In this document: piece by piece, positions 27,377-40,000 of the stretch
Numbering within the stretch: position 1 is the stretch's first letter
Layout: every line of letters begins with the position of its first letter
Assembly (NCBI GenBank): GCA_023213395.1
Contig: CM041465.1
Span: forward strand, 191,277,741 to 191,341,740
Direction: 5' to 3'
Origin: Cycas panzhihuaensis
Lineage: Eukaryota > Plantae > Cycadophyta
Length of the DNA: 64,000 nt
Notes under the pieces: model-generated
What the model saw: only the letters and a program-made list of their open reading frames with translations
The model's database searches: none
Told to the model about the DNA's origin: nothing
Made by a program: the position numbers and the translations under genes

Positions 27377-30300
27377 TGTAGCAAGCCCAATTCATGTGCA
27401 ATAGAAACAGGTAATGCTTTCATAGGAACAAAACATCCATAATAATCATTAATAAGCATAGAAATCACTCATCCATGTATTGCATTGCCCATACATTGAT
27501 ATAACCAATAGTAAATGAAATAATGAATAATAATAGCAAAACCCAATACAATATCCAACAATGTTAATACCCTCTTTGAGGTGAGTGTTGCCCTCCAATT
27601 GGCATGGTGTGCCATAATGACATGAGACCATTATCCCTTACAATAATAAATTCTCTAAGATGAATGCAAATGAGCCAAGCTTCCTCGTTTATAGCCTTTA
27701 TCTCTCTCTCCAAACTAACTCTTATCTCTCTCAAAATTAAAAAAAACTAACTTTATAATAAATATAATTAAATAATAATTCTCCCTATATTCAAAAACCA
27801 ACTTCATCTTCATTTAGGAATGTTATAATTCCCCCTCCCCTTAAAGTACTTCACCCTCAAAGCAGTGAGAATTGCTTGTAACATGGTTTGGTCTAGCATT
27901 GACTAGTTCTTCCAACTGCCACCTGCCAAGTCCTATATGTCATAAACACTGCGTCCAATCTTGTAGCTTTGGTTGGACTGTGCTAAGGATAGTGCTGAAT
28001 TTGTTGATGCTCATTCTTTGAGCTAGGTATATACGGTAACTTGTCATGTATTGAACGGGTCCTGGCTCCTTGAAGGTGCCTCAGGTGCCTTGTCTTGACC
28101 TTGTTTTAGAATGTTGAGAAAGTTTATAGGGACTTTTCTTATGCAACTTGGGAATTTGGGAAAAGAGTTGATCATAAGGATCCTAAAATGATGATTACCA
28201 AGTGTAAAAGGAAATCGAAAAAGTGGGGTTCCAAAAGATGATCATCTATAATTTTGAATGCGTAGAAAGAAAAGATGTGGTTTGGAATTTAACTCGAATA
28301 AAAAGGAGAATTTGTGCAATGTTTGTTGGACCACCAAATTTCTTTCGAGAAAAAGATGGATGAGCAATTTGGGATAGGTGTTCTTTATGGAAAAAAGATT
28401 TTAATGGGGTTTTAGAAATCATAGTAAGACAAAATGAAGGATTCAATGGAAAAAACAAAATTGGTGGTATAGAGATGATCAGGGTTGGGCTAAACAGGAT
28501 GAGGTTTTATGGGATGTAATCATTCTGCTAAGAGATAAAATATGATGCATTGAGAATGGGCAATTTACCATATCTTATAAAGGGAAATCTCAAAGAGGAA
28601 AAGGGACAAGCGAATAGAGAATTGAGCTAGGGATGTAAAAAGGAACTGAAAGTTGTCCTATGACAAGATTGGAGCTAAGGTTTTGACTAACTATGGGATA
28701 AGAAAATGAGTTTTTCTCTATTGTTATTCAACTTGGAAATGAGAGAGGACAAATGAAACTACCAAACGAAATATGCATGTGCAACACAGGATCAAGAACT
28801 ACCTTGTTGGCTTTGCATGTGTGCTATTGAGGTTCTTTACCCCCATTAGTTGTTCTCTTACTTGTTTTTCATTGTTTTTGTGTTGCTTCTGCCTAGCTTC
28901 TCCCTCGATTTCTTCCTCAGTCTCAACTATTATCTCGCCAACTACTTCTACTAGGTGATCAATCATTATCTGGATTTGCTTTGTGTCTTCAATGTTGTGT
29001 TGTTCAGTCTAAACTAGTTCCTCTTAGTAACATTGGACAAGCTCTTCTTAGGCCATTAATTCTTGCTCTGCTATTTGCTTGGCGATTTCGTGTGCATGTG
29101 CAAATTTCCCATTGCTTGATTTTTCGCACTATATGTGATTAGATCCTTTTTGTCTTTGTAGCAAGCCCAATAGAAAAACAACAGACAGAAGCAATATTCC
29201 AATAAATCACAACAATAACCTATGATATTTCACAACAAATTACATATATTTACAACTGAATTTTCTCACAAAACCATTTAACAGATGGCAAATAATCTTC
29301 ATACCATTCAATTCAACAGACATCTAGACATTCAGGCATACATTGATACAATAATAATCAAACAATATAATAATAGAACATCAGATAACAAAACCTAATT
29401 ACAATGTCCACCAATAATGAACCCTCCTCGAGACGAAAGCGACCCTCCAATAGGCACAAGGCCCTAATGGCACAAAGCCATTATATTGCAAGCAATAAAT
29501 TCTCCAAGATGTTATACAAATGAAGAAGTCTTCTCTATTTATAGCCTACAAAACCAATCTCTTAATCTTCCCTCCAAAAAACTGACTTCATAATAAAATA
29601 AAATAAATGATTCTTCTTTTAATTCTGCTAAAAGCTGACTTCATAATAATAATTTCTCTTATAAAACCAACTTCCTTTTTTATTTTGGGAACATTACAAT
29701 TCCCCTCCCCTTCAAACGATACTTCGCCTTGAAGTATCAAGAATTGCTTGTAGCTCAGTTTAATCTTCCATCCACCGCCTGCTAGATCCTGTATGTCATA
29801 AAGATTTGGCTCAGCGTCTTCCATGGAACTTTGCTAGCAGGTGTCTTGAAATTGTTGATGTTTGTCCCTGGGGCTAGGTACATCTTGTATCTTGTTCTAT
29901 ATTGAAAGGATCCTGGGACCTGTGAGGTGTCTCAGATGTCTTGTCCAAGTCTTGCCTTGTGTTTGCACAATTTGCTTTTAGATGGAATGCTTTATGGAAG
30001 GAGAAGTGAGAATTTTATGAAAAAAATTGATCGTAAGGGTCATAGATTGATGATTGCTTATCGTGAAAAGGGGAAAAAAACGTAGGATTATGAATTGAGA
30101 TTAGGCACAACTTTGAAGGCATAGGAAGAAAGGATGAAGTTTACAATCTACCTTGGATGGAGATGAGAATTTGTGTAAGTTTTGTTGGACCATAACACTT
30201 CTTGGGAAAAGAAAGATGAATGACAGATTAGCGATAGACATTCTTTATGAAAATAAGACTTTAATAAGGTTTTAGAGATGGTATTGAGACAAAACGAGAG

Positions 30301-33300
30301 ATTTAATTTAAAAAAAACAATATTTGTAGTGATGAAATGGATAGGATTGGAAAGGATGAGGTGGGGTTCTCTAGGGGATGATACTAAGTGATGAAACCTG
30401 ATGACCAGACTAAAATTATTGACTATCCTGTTGAGGATGGTTTATAGGGGGTGAAGGAATACGTAAGTAAAGAGATGCACTAGGATTACAAAGGGGGATT
30501 AGGATTTATCCTACAAAAATTCTAGAGATAAGGGGATTAGAATTGTGGCTAACTATGGGAAGGGGAAAAGAGGGTTTCTCTACTACTATTGATCTTGGAC
30601 ATGAAAGAGGACAAATAAAACTACCAAATGAAATGTGCATGTGCACATTAGGATTTGGAACCATGTTGAGTATCTTGGGGCGTCTCGCTTTGATGTCCAA
30701 CTCCCTCTGCCTCTTATATAGGCTCTTCCTTGATTTATTCCTTGTCCGATGGGTCCTTTCTTGGTTGTTTATCAATGACTTCATGCTGCTTCAACATAGG
30801 TTGCTTGTTATCGTGCTCTACTTCAACATGTGCTTTGTTGGTGCCAGGCTCTCCTTCAAGATGTTTTGTTTTTTCCTCCCTTTTCTTTGGGACTTCAATC
30901 TAGATGTGTTGTATTTCCTATATAAAATCTTTTGGATGCTCTTATAACGGTTCTTGGATCTCTCTATCAACAGCAAATTCTTTTTCTTTTATTGCATTGT
31001 TGTTTGGTTCATTTGATTCTCTGGTAACTTTCTCATAACCCCATTTGTTAGATGCCAAGATAAAATTTAACTTTAACAAATCCCAATCAAGAAAAAATGT
31101 TTCTTTCGAATTTAACTTAAACAAATCCAAATCAAGAAAAAATGTTTCTTTACACCAATTTTTATACCATTGATAAGCTTCTCCCTTCAAATAGCATTGA
31201 ATATCATAGTCCTCGAAATTTGTATCTGGTGAAATCCCATAGTGCATTTCAACACGTTGAAGCCAATCTGTAGCTATTATGCCTTCTCCTAGCGTGAATG
31301 GCTCAATGTCTCAAATTTTTCATGTTATGTGCAAGTATTGTTGCAGTTGTTTTATCGATTTTGCTTCTTTTTCTAAATTAGACTGAATCGTCATTTTTTT
31401 TCCTTTTAATCAAAAGTTACAACTTCAAAGATTAAAATCTTTATCATCCATTGGTCTAAACTATCACATATGACCACTTGAATTGATCATCTCTAAACCA
31501 GGAATCCAACGGTTCAAATGACACTGCAATTTGACACACGGTAAGAGTTATGGCAAAAAACCGTGTAGGTTTTAGCCCCCTTTTCAGAAAACCAACTGGA
31601 AAAAAAAAAGAACATATAAATAAAATAGAGGTTTTAGCCCCTTATCACTTTAGCCCTTAATTACATTAAGTCATTCCATATAACCAGTCACTAGCAGGGT
31701 AAGAGCGAACTCCAAGCACAAAATTTGATTTGCTTCATTATGCGAACTTTTAAAAAAATTCAAATTTTTTCCTTGATCAAATCCAACATCGCTTGACTTC
31801 TACATTCGCCTACTGCTAGATGATTAGGGTTGGATCCTTATTAGTGTTCGACTTCTCTCGATGATAGCCCCCTACACGAAAGTATGATGTCGTAGATGGA
31901 GTGAAAGAACAGAAGCAATATTCCCAAATGATATAATATGCCACTCACAACCTGTCTTCGTCATCAGCATGATCAACTCCCAAGTCAAAAGAATAAAGTC
32001 GACATACCAATGAATGGTGATTATAAACAAAACTAGATGTCAAATCATGCGATGTGGTTATGCCTAGCGCTATGACTCTTCTTGCTCTACTATTTCAATT
32101 TTTGTTTTACTACAAATTCAATCCATTCTTCTCCCTGCATTGGTGAACTATCTGCATCAACGAGCTTTCTGCCATGATGACTTCTTCTTCGCAAACTTGC
32201 TCGTTGTGATATTGGTGCGATGGCTATAGGGCTACTAAACTACTACTCAAGGTGTTGTCTTTGATGACTCAATGGGATTTTCTATGGGTCGCTTCTAGTG
32301 ATACACCTGCTACTACATCGATTTCCCTCCTTCAACCTACGATATAAACACAATCGACTGCCAAACAATGATTCACCACTCTTGTCTCCTCTAACTTATG
32401 TAGAACTCAGATAGAGTCTCAGCCCTATTATCTTCTTCCTAGGATAGATTTGGCCTAATAACTTGATTACAATTTCAGCAGCTTGACAAAACAGGTTCAA
32501 ACTTTTTGTTTCAAACCCAAATTCTCTTTTTCACACAATTTTGATACCTGTTATACCAACTCGATAGAAAAACAGGGGACAAAAGTAGATTTCCAGCTGA
32601 ATAATGAAATATTACTGTCATTCACCACCAATAATATTTATCCAAAAAATAATACTAGCAGATTATAGCAGTACTTCTCAATATTTTCATACATTCATAG
32701 CAAATAGAAAATAATTACAACAGTAAACATTCATAATGCATGATTCAGTAGAGAAATATATCATTCATACATGAATAATAGTAGCAAGTGTAAAGAAGGA
32801 ATAATAATAAAAGAATAATAGCACATGATACAAAATGTCTAACAGCAACCCTCTTCGAGGTTGGTGCAATCCTCCAGCAGGCCCAAGGCCCTAATGGCGT
32901 GAGGCCATTGTCCAAATGAATAATAAATTCTCCAAGAATGTTTTACAAATGAAGGCGGATTCTTTATTTATAGCCTTCAAAACCAACCTCTTAATTTTCC
33001 CTCCAAAAAGAAGACTTCATAATAAAATAAAATAAATGATTCTTCTTTTAATTCTCCTTTAAAGCAACTTCATAATAATAATTTCTCTTATAAAACTAAC
33101 TTCCTTTTTTATTTTGGGAATGCTACAATCTTCATCTTCATCAAGAGTGGCCTCTTCTCGTTCCTCATTTGTGGAGTTGTTTGATTCTTGTCCATGCCCT
33201 GGGCCAATTTGAATATGCTTGTCTTGACTCCAATTACATGGTTTATGCTTTAACATCAATTTAGACCATGCCCAATCATTGAATCTTTTTGGTTTGCTAG

Positions 33301-34446
33301 ACCACTCAGTGAACCACTCAAGAGTTCTCCCTTGTAAGAGAAGTTCCATATATGCTCTATATTCTTCCATGTCAACATCATTTGTGAAATCATTCAGTGT
33401 TTCGACCATTTGGAACCACATCTAGATCAAAAAATTCTGAGTCCATTTTCCTTATCAACAGGAGCATGACTTTGCGAGTTAAAATCTCCCTTAAGAAGTG
33501 GTCAGAACTATATCATATGACACTTAAAAAGATCGCCTCTGAACTAGGGTTCCAACAATTTAGACAAAATTAAATTCTAACACCTATAGCCCAAGTTATG
33601 GTCGAAAACACACAAGTACCCCTTTTGACAAGTTAGGACACCACGTATGGAGCCTAATAACAAGTACAATGGTGAAATTTGCACTTTGGGCAATAAAATT
33701 CTCTTAAAAGACAATGCGCAAGTAAAAAAAAAAAACACATGCAAATCCTTTTTAAGTGTTAGAATGTACTCAACTCTTAAGAAAAGTCACTTTTTGCTTA
33801 AACAATTGATTTTAAAAAATGATTAAATGCCAAATTTTAGAACAAAGAGATTAATAAGATAGGAATATGTTTTGAAATATTCCAAAACATAGAACATAAA
33901 GTTTAAAAGCTATAGTTTCAAATCGAAATTCTTTTTTTCAAAAAATCTGCCCGAACAAGGCGACAACACACGTAGAGAAGAAATATGATCATAAAACGAT
34001 AAAATCTCGATTGAAATCACTCAGGTATCAAATGAAATCAAGCCTATAAATCCATAAGAGGATTTCCAAAGATCGCTCAACAAGATTTGATCCACCATTA
34101 AGCAAGATCATCACGTGGAGCCACCAATGTTACATGCAAGTTTGTAGATCACGTGAAAAGAAATGGGAGTCTACCACTCAATGTGAGAATTGTAAACCCT
34201 TTAAGGGGCAGAGATTTAGGTGCAAGTACAGTTGCTAGTCTACTACTAAGCATTGAGCAACAAATGAAGTGAATTTACACAAAGCAGAGATGATTTAATG
34301 TTCAGCTAAGAGAAATAAGCGCTTAGAGTGAAGTATCCATACATTACATACATATATATAGGGCTATTAAGGCTGCCCATTTCTTGGACCTATGCATGTG
34401 GGATAATTACAATAAGAGTCATCTCATATGGTGGAGGATCATAACA
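27377..34446 (-). mobile_element. Non-autonomous gag-only (TR-GAG-like) LTR element, host of the 29157..33127 insertion; 3' LTR 27377..27827
   Basis: tgtagcaagcccaa start, PPT ccccctcccc at ~27830, gag-like LQGRTLEWF at 33059..33421, no pol; 5' boundary uncertain. Confidence 0.6.
29157..33127 (-). mobile_element. Non-autonomous gag-only (TR-GAG-like) LTR element; LTRs 29157..29698 and 32549..33127
   Basis: TSD gtctt/atctt, PPT at 29700..29710, degenerate PBS-Met (ttgatacc), gag-like YLKGEAYQWY (30942..31247), chromovirus-type tail LQGEVSFEGEGN; no RT. Confidence 0.75.
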
Positions 34447-35817
34447 TACCCTTTCGCCTAAAATGCTTCGCCCTCAAAGCATTCTGATACAATGATACAT
34501 GTGACCACCTCCTATTACTATTATCCAATCGATAGCTCTTGCGAAGGTCATTAGAGAAATTGCGTATGGAATGAGGATCTATCCATCCCAAGTCTATTTT
34601 GATACGCATGAAATGTCCTCCGATATGCTCTAGATATATGTAATGTTAAAACATCAAACTCAAATGTTGTGCTTGCCTGGTGTTTGCAGTTGATGAGGGC
34701 GTTGCCTAATAAGTTTTGTTGCGTTAGACCTCTTGATAATGTGAATGTCGATGTGGTTCCACTTTAGTTTGTCTTTTAACCATTGATGATGCATTTTCTT
34801 CCTTGTCCTTGGATACAAATGGTGGTGTGTGGGTGGCAAACAACTTTCGCTACTTGCTCATGACATTCATTTTCTCTCTTATCATTTTTCTTTGGTTCTT
34901 GACTTTGTGGAGTGGGGAGAATTCTTTGTCCCATCCTACGATTATACTTCTCAAATATTTGACGAGCTTCTTATTTCTCTTGCTTAAGGTTTTGCATTTC
35001 TTTCCATCAAAAAACATTATATTTTTTATAGATATCAAGTTGTAGCCAGAAAAAATGTATTAAATGGACTAGTTGTGTTATACCACTCCTTAAACCAAAG
35101 GTAAGACTCTCTTTGTAGATATAATGAGGCAACTTTAGACATCTCTTTATCAATGTGGTAGTCAGCATCAATTGATTCTAAATATAGATGCATGTCTCTA
35201 ACCCAATCATCTATAGAAAGAGTCCTATTTGCATTAAATATGCGAGGTATGAGCCTTTTTGTATCCATGATAATATAGATGTAGGTGAGATTAGGGGGGT
35301 GTCTATAGCCCGTAGCTAAAGTTATGGCTCTTTGAAGTTGAGGTGGCAGATCTATCCCAAAAATACGGTGACGGAAAAAGCAGGCCAAAATTAATTTTGC
35401 TGCAATTTTTGCACTTTCACCCCAAAATCTATAGTGTGACCACTCAAAATTTACTAAATGAGCCATTTTGTCTCAAATTCGCCATTACTTTTCAGAAATT
35501 TCAACATTTATTCTCTCGAATATGCTTTCAAACCCTTGATAACACCTCCCAGATCGCCACTCTGATACCAATTGTTACGAGCCAAATCCTGTAACTAATA
35601 ATCATAGAGAAATAGAAAGAGAAAATGAGAGATAAAAGGCAAATAAGGAGATAAAGTTCCAAAGATCATTCATTAACAAAAGATTACAAAAAATATTCCA
35701 TGATGATTCCACTCATACATTACATACATATATAGGGCTATTAAGACTGCCCATCTCTTGGACTTATGCATGTGGGATAATTACAATAACACTCATCTCA
35801 TATGGTGGAGGATCATA
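34128..35817 (-). mobile_element. Short gag-only LTR element; LTRs 34128..34446 and 35573..~35817
   Basis: PBS-Met ctctgatacca at 35560..35570; gag-like DDWVRDMHLYL..VASLYLQRESYLWF (35035..35466); ~105-bp shared LTR segment. Confidence 0.7.
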
Positions 35818-36892
35818 TGTGACTAACCCCTCTTTCATTCTGTGTTGACCCTTGGCCTATATGCATATGCTCACTTGTATACATGCATTCACATGCGAGT
35901 ATCTCTCTCTCATTAATGCAAGGAAGTAACTTATTCCTTAGCTCTTATTGTTCTAACAATTTTCACACTCCACTTATTTATAAGAGATGAGCCACAAACC
36001 TAAGATTCACACCACAATATTCAATTAGACAACAGACTGAACACTGTAACACCTTATCCAAAGTATCCAAGGCTAAACACACGTGGAAGAACTACGGACT
36101 TCCAAGTTGTTACTATGTTGCTACTTCTAGAATCAGCCTAGTAGGATTTTCTTGTGCATTTGAAAAGCACAACTTTACATATTGCATATCAGCCTTCAGA
36201 GCTGTTAAACAATACAAGTACAGACTCCCCATGTCATGTTTGATCTTTTAATCATCAAAAGAAGACATGTTATGGACCTAATCCTGAAACCAATCAACAT
36301 AATGAAAATAGGAAGAGAAAACAATAGAAAAAAAGACAAAGAAAGAAGTAAAGTTCCAAAGAACATTCATTAATGTAAGACTATTAGGTGCCCCGTATTT
36401 CTAATGTAACTAATACCTTCCATAACACTAATGCCATGGCCTTATTTCCAGGCAACCTCTCCACCCTACCAACGCAACATTTTTGAGTCATGAAAAAGCA
36501 TACAATTGATAAAATAATCAATTTGACACTCTTAACTTCAAAAGACAGGAGACAACTCCTTTGCAAGGCTGAAAGTGTAAGAAGGGGCTGGCCTCAAGAA
36601 ATAGTTGAGAAACCTGCAAAAGGGCTGGCTGAAGACAACCCTCCTATGGGATTGACCTGATTGGCGGGGGGGGGGGGGGGGTAGGGTGGGGGGGCACGTG
36701 GTTTGGGCCAGCATACAGGACTGTTGTTGAGAAAACTAACAATAAGCGTCTTAAGCATTTACAACAGTGTACAAAAATGAAACATCAAATGTATCATATG
36801 GTGATCACCAATTAGCACAGTAATAACCTGAGCCAAGAAAAACTGTTAGAACAAGAGTGGTAAAGAACGGGCAAAAAAAAACAAAAAGATAC

Positions 36893-37016
36893 CTTACTGT
36901 CTCCTTCTCATCTGCAGCAATTACTATGGGAATGAAAGGATGAAGCAATGCTGCCTTTGTGACTGTTTCACAACATGTATCCCAACTTGCAACCTGATCA
37001 CTGACTTTGCTTATAC
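36893..37016 (-). CDS. RAPTOR: RAPTOR exon ([13 protein letters not shown]...[19 protein letters not shown]), start of WD40 region
   Basis: ttacag acceptor, gtatct donor; 124 nt. Confidence 0.93.
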
Positions 37017-40000
37017 CTGTAATAAGATGCAATCAGTTCAGCAATTTTATCAAACAAAGCAAGACTTCTATATTGGAACAATATTGGTGACGACACATGT
37101 CAGACGCTAATCATCTCATTTCTTAAAAATCACAAGGTAATATTTTACATTCTAAAGAAAGGTTACATTTTTTGAATCACGCACTTACTAGAATGCTGAC
37201 ATTTGGCTATTCCATCCAGTGCCATTCTCTCTCTTTCTTCTCTTCTTGTCAATGTTTCATCATCATCGTTGTCTTGAGCTGGAATAAGAATGGGCCTTGA
37301 AAAATGGCCACAACTCCAATCATAGAGGGTAGATTGTTGAAGTAAGCCCCCTTCAAGAGCTGGTGCTAATGAACCAGAGCGCAAGCTCAACTCTGCTAAC
37401 CCTGTATCTGCAGCACTACAGAGATGAGGACTGAACTCCAAAGAACATACCCTCCGCATTCCCGTCAAAAAATTTTGTCGAGTCGGGGGGCTGGCAGGAG
37501 GAGTCCTAAACGTAATTGGAAGATTTCCTGCAAAAAAAATACTTATAGTGACAGTCATGCAATCCTGAGGACCCGATGCAATCACACGAATGACCAATAC
37601 CCAAGCTACACAATATACATAAGAATGATTCAAATCTTTCAAAGTTTTCATAATACACTACCAGCAGCTTCAGACAGGCTGATGACATATTCCATTTCTT
37701 ACAAACTGGTATCAGTAATAAAATTTGAACAAACTGGCATCCTGCTCCAAGTAACAGGAAAGTTTAACAGCTAACCTGAGTTCAAATCTAGCCAAGAAAA
37801 TGAGCGTGCAATCCCAGATAAAGGAGTGACAGATGGAACAGAAGCATTCCGGTGATGCCCAGCCCCTACTTGAGACCTAACAGACTTCATTACAACTGGT
37901 TCGACACCAATTGTCTGTAGTATTTGTCGCCCCAAACTTGCCACCTTAGGAAATGGATCTCTTGCCAATGCATAAGCAGCTGCAACACATTGTGCATACA
38001 CTCCTTTCAATTTCGGTGGTCTCAAATTTCCATTACATGAACTATTATTTGATAAAATTTTTGACTCTTCTGAATGGTGAGACGAGCAGTCCGATGGAGG
38101 AGAGCCATGCATAATTTCAGAGGTATGCTGAGGTGGACTGCTGGTTGCCACCCTTCCCTCTACAGATGCAGTAGGACCATCACTTTCCACTCTTGACACC
38201 GAAGCATGATTAGCAGATATTGCACTTCCAGTTAACAAAAACTGACTTGCATTACCGTAGCTGACAGTTGGACTTTTAATGGCCACAAATGATGTCAAAG
38301 AAGTAATCATGGAATTGGATGGAGGCTTTAAATATGCAGCAGCCATTGCCTTAAGCTGTTTACCGTGCCCAACAGCAAACCGTAACAGAGCTGTACAATT
38401 ATCAGCAGCACATATTTTCAGTCCCTTTTTGTTACATCATGAAACCTTTAACTTAGTAGGCACTACCCTAATTCAATGATAACCTCAACATACTATGACA
38501 AAGTACAATGTTTATATGCTGAAGATAGCCAATATGTATTTGCACCTATTGCCAGCTCAGCTCTCACAAGTGGGCTTCCATCTGTGAGAGCTTTCAGCAG
38601 CTGCTTTGCGATTTCCAGTTCAGCCATAACTTTCCCTTCATCTGCATCATTATCATCATCTAGGACAAGTCCATCTGTAATGGGTTCAGTCCTAACATCT
38701 ACAAGTGTTCCCAAAGCATAAACAGCAGACCCTCTGACCTGAAAATCACATACACAAGCTTTAGTTTTAAAAATTCACCACCAGATAATGAGCTTGCAGT
38801 AGAGCATGGACTCCCAAACCCAAGAAGTGAAACTTACCTCCGGTTGAGTGTCAAACAGAAAAGGTAAAAATACAGCTGGAGCATTTTCATGTAAACCTAA
38901 CATTTGAGCTTCCGGGAAACCCTCCCAAAGCTTCCCCAGGCACAGACAAAGCCACTGCAACAGCAGAGGCTCTGGATGTACCTCTGCTGCTGAAACGGAT
39001 TGCATATGCTTCAGGCATATGTTGATCAATCCGGCTTGAACACATGCCTCCTGTCCTCGACGATGTCCATCAACAATAACAGCCAACACAAAAAGAGCCA
39101 TAGCACGCTGCTCTGCATACACATCTGGGCTATCCACGAAATTCACAAAGTACTGGTGGCCACCATCCTTTACCAAATCAACTTGGCAGGACTGCAAATA
39201 ATTTAAAAAGCAAAAAAGTCAGAGTATGCCAGAATATTCTCTGGCCAAATAAAACTAATTTTGCAGACCCATATGAAAGGTTACAATAATACCGCCACCA
39301 CGTTAAAGTTAATCCCCTATTTTTTATGCCCATGATTTGTGTAATTATTACAGGTGTAAATATTGCATGTATGCAATTTCAGGCTTATATTTGTAAAGAA
39401 TTGTGCCAAGCCCTTAGTTGTTTTGACATGTAACAATAACACTCAACGAGCAATATAAGCAGCATAAGCATTGTCTATGCTATGTAATAACTGAATGAGA
39501 GATTGCTTGGGCTATGCATAAAAAATTATTTGCTCAAAACTTATTGATACACATGGGGGTCTGAGAAACAAGCGTTAGCAATACGTAAAAGAGTGGGGAC
39601 TAAATGGTTTGATATTTACATGAAAGTGACAGCCAAGTCAAGGAAGCAATAAGATCATCATCAACAGTTGGAAGAAAGCCAAGCATGATTTACAAATCAT
39701 TGGTAAGAAGTATTTTATGGAAATGACAGCATAAAGCACAGTGATAATAAGGTAGACTCTAAATTTTCACATGTGAAAAATGATTATTCATATGGACTAC
39801 AAGGCCCCACAAGGACAAGGAATTTAACGAAGGCCATAACTATCTCATGCAATAACCATATCCTCCCTATGTGGCAGAATAGATGCTGTTAATTTCACAA
39901 AAAGAACAAACCAGAATTTTGATGTAAAGATAACTTGAATTACAGTGACACATTGTCTTCTTAAATATACATCATTCAATGCAACTGTTACAAATTGAAT

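Noticed and set aside
36805-36892. Hydrophobic C-terminal extension of RAPTOR by read-through ([10 protein letters not shown]...)
   Set aside because: T-rich intron sequence after a canonical donor; no supporting evidence
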